Shown: in pieces, positions 28,610-38,881 of the stretch
Position numbering within the stretch: position 1 is the stretch's first letter
How the letters are laid out: every line of letters starts with the position of its first letter
Source: an uncultured Rickettsiales bacterium
Lineage (GTDB): Bacteria > Pseudomonadota > Alphaproteobacteria > Rickettsiales > SXRF01
Direction: 5' to 3'
DNA: 64,000 nt
NCBI GenBank assembly: GCA_964469525.1
Contig: CAYXYU010000003.1
Span: 33,185-97,184, forward strand
Made by a program: the position numbers and the translations under genes
The notes under the pieces: model-generated
Databases searched by the model: none
The model's input: only the letters and a program-made list of their open reading frames with translations
What the model was told of the DNA's origin: nothing

Positions 28610-30406
28610 ATGGCAACGGTCACGATAGGCAATTTCTTCACCACCAGCGACGGCAGGAATGTGCTCGGCGGGGTGGGTGGCTCGGGCCTGAATACCGAGG
28701 AATTGCTGAATTCGCTGATGGAGATCCGGCGGCTGCCGATCATCCAGGCGGAGGACAAGATCGAGATCAATAACGAGCAGCTCACGGCGCTCTCCACGTT
28801 CCATAGCCTGCTGACCATTTTCCAGAGCGCCGCCGATGCACTGCGCAACCCGCCAGGGGTTGGCAACGCCGGTGACAATGTATTCCAATACACCACCACT
28901 ACCGTCACCGCCAGCGACGGCTCGACTGCCAGCAACTACCTGACGGTCACCAGCACGCCCGGCGCCGCCAAGCAGGCCTATACGGTAGGGCATATCACAT
29001 CGATCGCTACGGCGGCGACGCAGGTGGCGGGCTCCTTCACCATCGCCGATGCGGATTCGATTATCGTCTCGGCGAGCCCCATCGGCGGCACCGCCAACCA
29101 GTTCAATGTCGGCACCATCACTTTCAACGGCGAGGACATCACCTTCGAGGAAGGCGACACGCTGAACGAAGTGGCCGCCAAGTTCAATGCCGTTTCCGAT
29201 GAAACCGGGGTAGCTGCTACGATCATCCAGGTGGCCGACGGCGAATTCCAGCTGTTCTTCTCGGCGACCGAAACCGGCACCGACGCCAATTTTGACCTCA
29301 CTACCGCCACCGACCCGAGCGGCGTGCTGACCGGTGCCAGCGTGGATGCGGCGGTGGCCGGCACCAACGCGGTATTCCAGCTCAACGGCCTCACCATTAC
29401 CCGCCAGAGCAATACGGTGGATGACGTGATCGACGGCCTCACCTTCAACCTGCTGCAGCCATTCGATACCGGGATGACAGCGGCCTCGCTGACGGTGAAT
29501 GTCGTGGCCGACACGACGACGGTGCAAAACTCGATCGTCACCTTCGTGCAGGCTTATAACGCGCTTAAAACCTTTGAAGCCGAGCAGACCGAGCTCAATG
29601 CCGACGGCACCAATGCCGCGACGGCGCTGCTCATCAACAACCAGGCTTTTCTCAATATTATGGCCGACATTAAACTGCGCGTGACTTCGGCGGTGGAAGG
29701 CATTGCCTCCGGCCCGACCAGCCTGTCCGATGTTGGCATTACCTTTACCACCCAGCCGTCCGACGGCGAACTGCCGGCGGTCGAGAATATCCTTACCATC
29801 AACGATGCCGAGCTGACGGCGGCGCTGGCCGGTGATTTCGAAGGCGTCAATGCGCTGTTCGGCTTCACACTTGATTCCGACAATCCGAATATTACGGTTT
29901 TCTCCTCGACCAATGCGCTGGGCGTGTCGGAATTCACCCTCGATCTTGACACTACCCCCGGTTCCGAGCTGTTCGAAGCTACTTACGATTTAGGCGCGGG
30001 CCCGGTCACAGTCGAACTGGAATTCACCTCGCTCGGCTCCGCCGGCTATAGCCTCTCCGGTCCGGCCGGTTCGGCGCTTGAGGGGCTTGTATTGATTTAC
30101 GGCAGCACCACGTCGGCCACCGGTGTCAGCGTCACCGCCACCAACGGCCTGGCCGCCATGTCGTATAATACGGTGGACACGGCCTTGGAGTTGAATACCG
30201 GGACGCTGTCCATCGAGATGGAGGCTTTCGAGGATGAAAATACGCGCCTTGAGGAAGAGATCGTCCGTCTCGAAGAGCAGGTGGCGATGTATCAGGAACA
30301 ATTGCTGATCAGGTTCGCCGCGCTGGAGGCAACGATATCCAGCGTCAACACGCTGCTGGCCAGCCTGGAGGCGCAGCAGAACGCGGCCATCGCGGCGGCG
30401 GGCTGA
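28610..30406 (+). CDS. fliD: Flagellar filament cap protein
   Basis: SGLNTEELL, RQSNTVDDVIDGLTFNL, FVQAYNAL and RFAALEATIS. Confidence 0.93.
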   Translation: MATVTIGNFFTTSDGRNVLGGVGGSGLNTEELLNSLMEIRRLPIIQAEDKIEINNEQLTALSTFHSLLTIFQSAADALRNPPGVGNAGDNVFQYTTTTVTASDGSTASNYLTVTSTPGAAKQAYTVGHITSIATAATQVAGSFTIADADSIIVSASPIGGTANQFNVGTITFNGEDITFEEGDTLNEVAAKFNAVSDETGVAATIIQVADGEFQLFFSATETGTDANFDLTTATDPSGVLTGASVDAAVAGTNAVFQLNGLTITRQSNTVDDVIDGLTFNLLQPFDTGMTAASLTVNVVADTTTVQNSIVTFVQAYNALKTFEAEQTELNADGTNAATALLINNQAFLNIMADIKLRVTSAVEGIASGPTSLSDVGITFTTQPSDGELPAVENILTINDAELTAALAGDFEGVNALFGFTLDSDNPNITVFSSTNALGVSEFTLDLDTTPGSELFEATYDLGAGPVTVELEFTSLGSAGYSLSGPAGSALEGLVLIYGSTTSATGVSVTATNGLAAMSYNTVDTALELNTGTLSIEMEAFEDENTRLEEEIVRLEEQVAMYQEQLLIRFAALEATISSVNTLLASLEAQQNAAIAAAG

Positions 30407-30861
30407 TGAACGCGCAGCACCAGAAATATCAGGCCTATGTCAACGCCACCCAGACGGTGGCGAAAACCAAGCAGGTCGTCATGCTTTATGACGGTGCCAT
30501 CCGCTCCATGCAGCGCGCCCGCGAAGCTATTCTTGAGAAACGCATTGAGGACCGCTACCACGCGCTGACCAACGCGCGCGACATCGTGCTGGGCCTGCAG
30601 GGCTGCCTCGATTTTGAAAACGGCGGCGACATCGCCAGGGTGCTCTACAGCTATTACGCCACCATCGAAGGCGGCATCTATGCCATCCACCGCAACAGCA
30701 CGCCGGAAGCCTGCGACGAGGTGATTGCCGAACTGAAGAAGATGCGCGACGTGTGGCATGAAATCGATCAGAATACGGGGGGCGAAGCGCACCATACGGC
30801 AGCACCGGCAACGAAGCCCGGTGAACCGCCCAAACCGGAGAATATTTCCCTGTCTGCCTAG
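30406..30861 (+). CDS. fliS: Flagellin chaperone FliS
   Basis: VVMLYDGAIRS, LDFENGGDIA and LYSYY. Confidence 0.92.
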   Translation: MNAQHQKYQAYVNATQTVAKTKQVVMLYDGAIRSMQRAREAILEKRIEDRYHALTNARDIVLGLQGCLDFENGGDIARVLYSYYATIEGGIYAIHRNSTPEACDEVIAELKKMRDVWHEIDQNTGGEAHHTAAPATKPGEPPKPENISLSA

Positions 30862-30987
30862 GATTCATTATTCAGCCCGGCAGTTTTTTCCTTTCCTGCA
30901 ATTTCAAAGACCTGCCGTTCCTTACCGGCCTGCCCCATAAGCCAGGCAGTATAAATAATATTTATTAATTCCAGTAATTTGACCGCT

Positions 30988-31003
30988 TGGCACGTCCTTT
31001 GCT
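30988..31003 (+). promoter_or_regulatory. Sigma54 promoter of fliK-flgD-flgE
   Basis: TGGCACGTCCTTTGCT, a canonical -24/-12 match. Confidence 0.8.
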
Positions 31004-31036
31004 GCATATGCATTGGATAACTATGCAAAGGTCGTT

Positions 31037-32842
31037 ATGACGACGGTGACTGTAGCAACACTAGGCCTGCCCGAGGTGGTGAATGTCATTCCCGGCCGGG
31101 GTGTGGAGCTGGATGCGGCGGAAAGCTTTCTGGCGCTGCTGAATGCCGGCGCGCCGAAGCCGGAGAAGGAGCGCGGATCCGAGCCGCCGGCCGCCCCGAT
31201 CGATGTGCCGTTGCCGGAACTCATTCCCCCGCCACGGCGTGAAGCGGGCGGTGTCCATGGCGAACCGGAAACGCGGACGCTGGCGGAGGATATCCTGCCG
31301 CCGGTGGAGCAAGCAGCGCCACCAGCAAAGGAAAATGCGTCTCGCCGTGCCGAATCCAATGAACATGCTCCCGCCAAAGCCTCGCCTCATACGGAGTCCC
31401 CGCCTGATGAACCGGCGGTGAACGGAAGCGATCACTCTGCTGCGACTGCCGATGCCGGTGACGCAACGGACGTGGCGCAGGGCATCCGGCGGCTGCGCGC
31501 CCGCCTGCAGCAGCAGCTTGCCCATCTCAATCAGCTGCTGCAGTCGATCATCCAGGCACTGAGCGGGCAGGCGGTTGCTGATGCAGCATTGCCGGAGGAC
31601 GTCCATGCGGCATTGCAGGCACTGCATGCCGGGCAGGCCATTCCGGAGGGCGCTGAAACCACCGAACTCGCATTGTTGAAAGATATTCAGTCCATTCTGC
31701 AGCAGCTGCAGGCGCTGCAGGCATTCGGCGCGCCAGTGCCGAAAACGCCCACCGACATTCTGATTGCTGTCCCGGCACAAGATTTGATGAAAGCCGATTA
31801 TCAGCTGCCCCCGCAACTGATCGATCCGGCGCAGGCGCAGGCGCTACTGGATGCGCTCGATGCCGGTATCGCAAAATTGTCGCAGCTTCTCGCAAAAAGC
31901 CCGGCTGCGGATAGTTTGGCAACCAATCCGTCCTTTGCGCCGCTCGGTGCTTTGATTAAGCAAGCCATTGCCGATCTGCGGGCGGAACTGCAGCAGTTGC
32001 AGGAAGAAAACCAGGCGCTGATCCTGCGCCTGCAGGAGAGTCTGCAGATAAGGCTTCCGCAAGGCTCTCCGGTGCTGCAGGACTTGCTGGCGCGTCAGGG
32101 CCTCGTGCTGCAGGAGAAAGTTGTCCCGCCAGCCGGATCTCCCCTCGCCGCGGATAAACCGGTCAACCTCCAGCCGGCGGCAATGACGGTTCCTCAGGAT
32201 GCCGCTCCGTCTGGCGTTAACGCTCAGCCGCAGCAGACAGCAGCGGCGAATGCTGTGCCGATGGCCGGCGGTCAGCCTGATGTGGGCGGGCAGACCGGCG
32301 GCAACAGCCAGGGGCAGAACCAGCCCCTGCCGGCGCCGGCAACGCCCGCTTCCGCCGGTGCAGCCCAGAGTGCCGGTAATGCGGGGAGCCTGTCCTTCGC
32401 CCGCGTGATCGACCAGGCAGTCCAGCGCCCGCTGGTCGAGCAGGTCAGCTTCCATATCAAGACCGCCATCGCCGATGGCAGCAGCAAGATCACCATCCGT
32501 CTGGAGCCGGCTGAGCTGGGCAGGCTGGATATCCGGCTGACCATTGGTTCCGACGGCAAGACCGGAGTAATTATCACCGCCGACAACAAGCAGACACTCA
32601 CCCTATTGCAGCAGGAATCGCAGGGGCTGGCGCGCGCGCTGAACGATGCCGGGCTGTCCACCGACAGCGGCAACCTGAGTTTCAACCTGCGCGGCGGCGA
32701 GCAGGAATGGACGGGGGCGGAGGGCGCGCAGGCGTCGCTGACCTACCGGAACCAGCAGCCCGAGGAAGAGGACGATGCGCTGAACGTGCTGACGCGCAGC
32801 TATGTCGTCAACCTCGCCGAGGGGCTGGACATAAAGATATAG
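31037..32842 (+). CDS. fliK: Hook-length control protein FliK
   Basis: Pro/Ala/Gln-rich N-terminus and C-terminal ITIRLEPAELGRLDIRL domain. ATG 31037 preferred because TTG 31013 lies at the predicted transcription start. Confidence 0.88.
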   Translation: MTTVTVATLGLPEVVNVIPGRGVELDAAESFLALLNAGAPKPEKERGSEPPAAPIDVPLPELIPPPRREAGGVHGEPETRTLAEDILPPVEQAAPPAKENASRRAESNEHAPAKASPHTESPPDEPAVNGSDHSAATADAGDATDVAQGIRRLRARLQQQLAHLNQLLQSIIQALSGQAVADAALPEDVHAALQALHAGQAIPEGAETTELALLKDIQSILQQLQALQAFGAPVPKTPTDILIAVPAQDLMKADYQLPPQLIDPAQAQALLDALDAGIAKLSQLLAKSPAADSLATNPSFAPLGALIKQAIADLRAELQQLQEENQALILRLQESLQIRLPQGSPVLQDLLARQGLVLQEKVVPPAGSPLAADKPVNLQPAAMTVPQDAAPSGVNAQPQQTAAANAVPMAGGQPDVGGQTGGNSQGQNQPLPAPATPASAGAAQSAGNAGSLSFARVIDQAVQRPLVEQVSFHIKTAIADGSSKITIRLEPAELGRLDIRLTIGSDGKTGVIITADNKQTLTLLQQESQGLARALNDAGLSTDSGNLSFNLRGGEQEWTGAEGAQASLTYRNQQPEEEDDALNVLTRSYVVNLAEGLDIKI

Positions 32843-32851
32843 GAGGTAGCC

Positions 32852-33535
32852 ATGGCCATTGATGCAGTCGACAGAACCACCAGCGGCACCCGCACCACCG
32901 CCGAGGCGCGGCAGGGGCTGAGCACCAATTACCAGGATTTCCTTAAGCTCCTGACCACGCAGCTCAACAACCAGGATCCGACTTCGCCGATCGATACCAA
33001 CGAAATCACGGCGCAGATCGCCATGCTGAGCCAGGTCGAACAGCAGATCAACACCAACAGTAACCTGGAGCGGCTGGTATCACTGTTCTCGATGAGCCAG
33101 ACCAGCGCCGCCGTTGCCTATATCGGCAAGCAGATCGACGCGGTGGGCAACCAGGGCGAGCTCAGGGGTGGCGTGGCCCAGTTTGTCTACAATCTGCCCG
33201 CCGGCGCCCAGAGCGCCACCGTGACCATCACGGACAATGCGGGGCGGGTGGTGTTCACCGGTCCCGGCACGGCGCTCGCCGGCCGCAACCAGGTGGTGTG
33301 GCAGGGCGTCAACAGCACGACCGGCAATACCGAGCCGGACGGGGTCTACAAATTTACCGTCGCCGCCAAGGACGCAGACGGCAAGGAGATGGAAGCCACC
33401 ACCTATACCACCGGCACGGTGACGGCGGTGGACAGCCAGAACGGCACCACCAGCCTGATGTTGGGCGGCAGCCTGACCGTACCGTTTGGCGACGTATTGA
33501 CTGTCTATAATCCGGGTACGAATCCGGGTGCGTAA
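32852..33535 (+). CDS. flgD: Hook capping protein
   Basis: DFLKLLTTQLNNQDPTSP...AQIAMLSQVEQ. Confidence 0.95.
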   Translation: MAIDAVDRTTSGTRTTAEARQGLSTNYQDFLKLLTTQLNNQDPTSPIDTNEITAQIAMLSQVEQQINTNSNLERLVSLFSMSQTSAAVAYIGKQIDAVGNQGELRGGVAQFVYNLPAGAQSATVTITDNAGRVVFTGPGTALAGRNQVVWQGVNSTTGNTEPDGVYKFTVAAKDADGKEMEATTYTTGTVTAVDSQNGTTSLMLGGSLTVPFGDVLTVYNPGTNPGA

Positions 33536-33562
33536 CGAATTTTTTAAGGAAGGAGCAGTGTT

Positions 33563-36058
33563 ATGAGTCTTTATGGAGCATTATACGCCGGCGTGGCTGG
33601 TCTGGACGCGCAAAGCAACAAGCTCGCCGTCATCTCCGACAACATCGCCAACGTCAACACGGTGGGATACAAGGCAGGCAGTGCCGTGTTCGAAACCCTG
33701 GTGACCGGCGCCAGCAACGTCACGGCCTACTCGCCGGGCGGCGTGCTGGGAGGCAACCGCCAGCTGGTCGATTCGCAGGGTCTGCTCACCACCACCACGT
33801 CACCGACCGATATCGCCATCTCGGGTGCTGGCTTCTTTGTCGTCAACCAGACGGCCGACAGCCTCGGGCAAGTGCTCTACACCCGCGCCGGTTCCTTCAC
33901 GCAGGACGCGCAGGGCAACTTCATCAACACCGCCGGCTTCTTCCTGCAGGCCTGGCCGCTCGACCGCAATGGGCTGCTGCCGGGTGAGCCGGGCAACCTG
34001 AATACACTATCCAGCGCCAACCTGAGCAGCCTGCAGACCGTCAACGTGCAGAACCTGACCGGTACCGCCGCCGCCACCACTACCGTGGCGCTCGGCGCCA
34101 ATCTCAACGCCGGACAAGTGGCGTTTCAGGGAGCGTCTGATATTGTTACCATGGATTCGTTGGATACGGATAATTTCGAGATTGCGGCCAATGACATCAT
34201 CGTGCCGACTTCCGTCAATAGCATCGATAAAGGCGATCAATTAACTATCTCCACTGGTTCAGGCCTGAGCTATACGTACGAGTATGGCGGCTTCACCTTC
34301 GGCCGCAACGTGACGACGGCCGCCAACGGCGAGAGCGCCACCGCCAATTATCCGTCGGCCCCGATCGCGCTGGCGAATGATCCGCTGGCGGTGACGCTGG
34401 GCAGCAACGTTATCACGGTGACGCATGCGATGCACGGCCTGTCCACCGGGCATGTGGTCACGTTGGCCGATGTTGCCGGGCCTGACATCGAAGGCATACC
34501 GATCGCGGAAATCAATACCAGCCATGTCATTACCAGGATCGATGACAACACCTATACTATCACGGTCACCACTAACGCCACCGGCACCGATGCCGCGGCA
34601 GGCGGCGCGGCGGTCACCGAAGACCAGCGGCCTTTCGCCGGCAATATTCTGGATGCCATTACTGCATCGCAACCGTTCCTTGGCACCACGGGCACCTCCG
34701 GCTTCACCTCTGCTGGACTGACCTTCACCATCACCACCACCGCTTCGGGAACGGCGACCTTCACTTACACTTCGACGGCGCCCAACGCCCAGCTCGGCCA
34801 GTTCAATAACCTGACCAACCTGGCCAGTGCGATCAGTAACGTGAGCGGCCTGACGGCGCGCGTGGTGAACGACCGCCTTTATGTTGGCGCCACCGATGCG
34901 TCGGCGGCGGTAACCTTCGCCAACGGCTCGACCGTCGGCACCAGCGGTCCGCCCATCCAGGCGGGCATCGACTGGGTGCGCGAGCTCGGCCTGGACAATG
35001 TAGCGGCCGGTAGCGACCGCTTCCACTCGATGCAGTCGCTGGCCGACCTGGTCAACCTCTCCAGCGGTCTATCGGCCGTAGTGTCTAACCCGCTCGGCGC
35101 TGCCGACGTTACCATCAATGTCGAAGACCCTCTCGACACAATTAATTTCTCCGACGAAGCCAATGCGGGCAGCTTGCTTGGGCAACTAGGCTTGGCGGCG
35201 TCACTTAATGGCGGTGTCTTCGTGGCGCAGACCACCGGGGACCTCGGACCGGCCTACAGTCCGACAGATGCCACCTTAAACATGGCTTCCGGCAGTATCG
35301 CACCGCAATTCAGCCGCCCGGTCACGGTGTTCGACAGTTTGGGCACGCCCCATAACTTCAACGTCGCCTTTCTCAAAACCGGCATCAACACCTGGGCGGT
35401 GGAAATTTATGCGCAGCCGGAGACGGATGTGAATACGGCGCTCTCCGACGGCCTGCTGGTTTACGGCACCATCGTCTTCAACGGCGACGGCACGCTGCGC
35501 AGCGTCGACTCAGATCTTACTCAGGCGATCGACATCAACTGGACCAACGGCGCCACGGCAAGTGCCATCACCTTCGACTGGGGTACGGCGGGCCAGCCTT
35601 TCGGCACGCCCAACGCACCGGTCATCGGCCTCGCCGACGGGTTAAGCCAGTTCAACAGCGGCTACAATGTCAGCTTCGTCAACCAGAACGGCGCGCCGGT
35701 CGGCCAGTTGACGGCGATCTCGATCGACCAGGAAGGCTTCATCACCGCCAGCTACAATAACGGCGAGACGCAGCGCCTGTACAAGATCCCGCTCGCTTCC
35801 TTCAGCGACCCGAACAATCTGCGGTCGGTGTCGGGCAACGCCTTCGCCCAGTCCAATCTGTCGGGCGTTGTCAACCTGAAGCAGGCGGGCGACAGCGGCG
35901 TCGGCACGGTATCCTCCGGCGCGCTCGAGGCATCGAACGTGGAGCTGGCGCGGCAGCTGACCGACATGATTGTCGCCCAGCGCGCCTACCAGGCCAACAC
36001 CAAGGTCATCTCGACGGCCGACGAGCTGCTCAGCGCGCTCGACCAGATCCTGAGATAA
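33563..36058 (+). CDS. flgE: Hook protein FlgE, enlarged (831 aa)
   Basis: ISDNIANVNTVGYK, YTRAGSF and LEASNVELARQLTDMIVAQRAYQAN. Confidence 0.95.
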   Translation: MSLYGALYAGVAGLDAQSNKLAVISDNIANVNTVGYKAGSAVFETLVTGASNVTAYSPGGVLGGNRQLVDSQGLLTTTTSPTDIAISGAGFFVVNQTADSLGQVLYTRAGSFTQDAQGNFINTAGFFLQAWPLDRNGLLPGEPGNLNTLSSANLSSLQTVNVQNLTGTAAATTTVALGANLNAGQVAFQGASDIVTMDSLDTDNFEIAANDIIVPTSVNSIDKGDQLTISTGSGLSYTYEYGGFTFGRNVTTAANGESATANYPSAPIALANDPLAVTLGSNVITVTHAMHGLSTGHVVTLADVAGPDIEGIPIAEINTSHVITRIDDNTYTITVTTNATGTDAAAGGAAVTEDQRPFAGNILDAITASQPFLGTTGTSGFTSAGLTFTITTTASGTATFTYTSTAPNAQLGQFNNLTNLASAISNVSGLTARVVNDRLYVGATDASAAVTFANGSTVGTSGPPIQAGIDWVRELGLDNVAAGSDRFHSMQSLADLVNLSSGLSAVVSNPLGAADVTINVEDPLDTINFSDEANAGSLLGQLGLAASLNGGVFVAQTTGDLGPAYSPTDATLNMASGSIAPQFSRPVTVFDSLGTPHNFNVAFLKTGINTWAVEIYAQPETDVNTALSDGLLVYGTIVFNGDGTLRSVDSDLTQAIDINWTNGATASAITFDWGTAGQPFGTPNAPVIGLADGLSQFNSGYNVSFVNQNGAPVGQLTAISIDQEGFITASYNNGETQRLYKIPLASFSDPNNLRSVSGNAFAQSNLSGVVNLKQAGDSGVGTVSSGALEASNVELARQLTDMIVAQRAYQANTKVISTADELLSALDQILR

Positions 36059-36064
36059 CGGCTG

Positions 36065-36104
36065 GGAAGCCGCCGCCGGTTAGGTACTCCTGGCGGTGGC
36101 TTCC
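36065..36104 (+). terminator. Hairpin after flgE (no U-tract)
   Basis: ggaagccgccgccgg / ctggcggtggcttcc. Confidence 0.5.
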
Positions 36105-36315
36105 TGCGGTTGGCTGAGAAATCAGGGTGCCATTAACGAATTGTTTCTAATGGTAAATTCTTTTTTTATAGAGGTTGACAAGGCCTCTTAAATTATCTAC
36201 TACAATGAGTGTTCATATATCTAAGGCATGGCCACATATAGTGGTTCTGTCGTTTATGGGTATGTGACGATGGTTAAAATGCAGGGTTAAAATTATTTTT
36301 GCGCAAGGATCCCCG

Positions 36316-36648
36316 ATGAAAAAAATCGATCTTCCCTCCAAACGGATCACACCTGCTGCCGGTAAGAAGCCCACGGAAGCCGAACCGGAAATCACCAACA
36401 TGATGCTGGATCCGCGCTACCTGCGCCAATCGTCCTCGCTGATTCAGGACGCGCTGCAGAAAGGCTTCGATGTGCTGCAGCTCGCCAATGGCGACATCGT
36501 CACCACCGGCACCAAAACGGTCGTGTATCAGTACACCTGGGATGAGGAGAAAGGGAAGCTGATCAAGACCAAGCCGGAGATTGGCCGCAAGTCCCGCCGC
36601 GCCGCGCCGACCATCGAGGAAGAGGAAGAAGAGTCCGAAGAGGTGTAA
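36316..36648 (+). CDS. DUF2671-like protein
   Basis: SSSLIQDALQKGFDVLQLANGDIVTTGTKTVVYQYTWD recalls the Rickettsiales DUF2671 family; acidic tail. Confidence 0.6.
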   Translation: MKKIDLPSKRITPAAGKKPTEAEPEITNMMLDPRYLRQSSSLIQDALQKGFDVLQLANGDIVTTGTKTVVYQYTWDEEKGKLIKTKPEIGRKSRRAAPTIEEEEEESEEV

Positions 36649-36663
36649 CCTCACTGCGCGCGT

Positions 36664-36927
36664 TTAGTGCAGCTTTAGTTCCCCTTTGCAAAACACAAAG
36701 GATGATGGCACGATCAGTTTCGCGCTGGCGACTTTGACCGAATGCAGCTTGCCTTCGATTTCCTTTTCCCAGAAGGCGAGGAACTTATGCAACACGGGAT
36801 ATTGGGGGGCGATGTCCAGATCCTGCCAGACGAAGCTTTGCAGCAGGGCGGGATGATCAGGCAGATGGTAGAAAATTTCCGCCGTGGTGAGGCGGTAATC
36901 CCGAAGCATCAGCTGAAAATCACTCAT
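36664..36927 (-). CDS. usg: Usg family protein
   Basis: YRLTTAEIFYHLPDHPALLQSFVWQDLDIAPQYPVLHKFLAFW. Confidence 0.9.
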   Translation of the reverse strand: MSDFQLMLRDYRLTTAEIFYHLPDHPALLQSFVWQDLDIAPQYPVLHKFLAFWEKEIEGKLHSVKVASAKLIVPSSFVFCKGELKLH

Positions 36928-37112
36928 GCATGCACCTCCATCTCTTATTATTATAGCGTAAAAAAGTGGCCGAATCAGCAGAAATCCGCCGGCAAAACCG
37001 ATCGAAAGAGGCCAAAAAGCCGGGCTTTTTAGGCAAATTCCGGAGGCGATACGGTCTTTTTCGCTAAACATATTTACATTGCCGCCCATATGGAATATCA
37101 CCATCGCCTTAC

Positions 37113-37188
<76 letters not shown>

Positions 37189-37373
37189 GCCTTCGCAAGC
37201 GAAGCGTGCGAAGGTTGTCGCGCCGGAGCCCATCTTTGGGCGAAGACGGGTTGTTGCCTTCAGCTGTTTCCGATCGGTCAGGCATTGGCCGGGCGGCAAT
37301 GTTCCTTGTCGTGCCCTTCCTGCATACGGTATAGTTAGTGCGGTGAAGGGCATTTACATGACGGGGCATTGCC

Positions 37374-38861
37374 ATGGCCGAGGCTAGAAAACGCATCGCC
37401 GATATTTTCAGGACGCTGGGAGCGGAACTGCCGCACGCCCGGGCAGGCAGCCTGTCCGTGCGGAATCCGGCGGATGGAAGCATCATCGCGCAACTGCCCG
37501 CCGACGATACGTCTTCGCTGCAGCAGAAGATCGTCCTCGCCCGCGCCGCCCAGCATGCGTTTGCTCCCTTAAAGCGCGCCGAGCGTGCAACTCTCCTGGA
37601 AGACCTGGCGGAAGCGCTGAAGCGCCGGCGCGAGCTGCTGGCCGAGCTGATCACGCTCGAGGGCGGCAAGTCGAAAAAGGAGGCGCTGGCCGAAGCGGAC
37701 GGCTCGGCGGACGTGCTGCTCAAGACCATTAAGGACGCTACGCTGCCCGACCTGAACGGCATGATGCGCGTGAAGGAGCGCCCGCCGGCCGGCGTGGTCG
37801 GGCTCATCACCTCCTTCAATTTTCCGCTGGCGGTCGCGCACTGGACCATCGCTCCCGCGCTGCTGGCAGGCAACGCCGGGCTGTGGAAACCGTCGGAAAA
37901 GACGCCGCTGGTAGCGCTGGCCGCCAAGGCGGTATTCGACCAGGCGGCAGGACAGCACAAAGACCTGCTGCAGATCGTACTGGGGGCGGGCAATGTCGGT
38001 AAGGCGCTGGTGGCGCATGAGGAGATCGACATGGTCAGCGCCACCGGCAGCGTTGCCATGGGGCAGGCCATCAGGGCCATGCTCGCGCACAAGAAAAACA
38101 ATGCCGTGAAGCCGATCCTTGAGTTGGGCGGCAATAACGGCGTCATTATCTCGGACAAGGTGACACCGGAGCATCTCGCCTGGTCGCTCACCGCCCTGCT
38201 GAACTCCTTTCTGGGCAGCACCGGCCAGCGCTGCACCAATACGCGCCGCCTGTTCGTCCACCGCACGCTCTATGATAAGGCGGTGGAGATTCTTTCGCGT
38301 CATATCGAGGCTTTCCTCGCCTCCGGCGCCAATGAGGATTACGGCTACGGTCCGCTGATCGACGCCGACGCGCATGAGCGTTTCGCCCGCGCCAAGAAAC
38401 GCGTACTGGCCGAGGGCGGGAAACTGCTGTTTGGAAAACGCAGGGAAACGCCGCATGAGCAGGCCTATCATGTCGAGCCGGCGCTGGCGCTGCTGCCGTC
38501 GCAGACGGCGATTATGTTCGAGGAAACCTTCGCGCCGCTGCTCCATGTCGTGCCGTATGAAGGCGGCATTGAAAGCGCGGTGACGCTCATCAACGCGCCG
38601 GAGAATGCCGGGCTGGTCAACGGCATCTACACGCAGAATCAGGCAGAAGCTGATTATTTCGCCGCGCATAATCGCGCCGGCCACAGCGTCATCAACTCCC
38701 CCAAAGGCACCGGCACGCCCGCCTTCGGCATGGGTTTCGGCGGCAACCGGGACTCGGGCGAGGGCGAGATATTGAACAGCGCCGATCCGCTGCGGCCCTT
38801 CACCCGCGACGGCCAGTTCCGCCGCATCGCGCAGAATAAAGATATTGCGATGGAGCAGTAA
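37374..38861 (+). CDS. Aldehyde dehydrogenase, ALDH7-like
   Basis: ITSFNFPLAV, WKPSEKTPL, LELGGNNG and catalytic GQRCTNTRRL. Confidence 0.85.
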   Translation: MAEARKRIADIFRTLGAELPHARAGSLSVRNPADGSIIAQLPADDTSSLQQKIVLARAAQHAFAPLKRAERATLLEDLAEALKRRRELLAELITLEGGKSKKEALAEADGSADVLLKTIKDATLPDLNGMMRVKERPPAGVVGLITSFNFPLAVAHWTIAPALLAGNAGLWKPSEKTPLVALAAKAVFDQAAGQHKDLLQIVLGAGNVGKALVAHEEIDMVSATGSVAMGQAIRAMLAHKKNNAVKPILELGGNNGVIISDKVTPEHLAWSLTALLNSFLGSTGQRCTNTRRLFVHRTLYDKAVEILSRHIEAFLASGANEDYGYGPLIDADAHERFARAKKRVLAEGGKLLFGKRRETPHEQAYHVEPALALLPSQTAIMFEETFAPLLHVVPYEGGIESAVTLINAPENAGLVNGIYTQNQAEADYFAAHNRAGHSVINSPKGTGTPAFGMGFGGNRDSGEGEILNSADPLRPFTRDGQFRRIAQNKDIAMEQ

Positions 38862-38881
38862 TCTCCGCAGCAAATGTGGGG

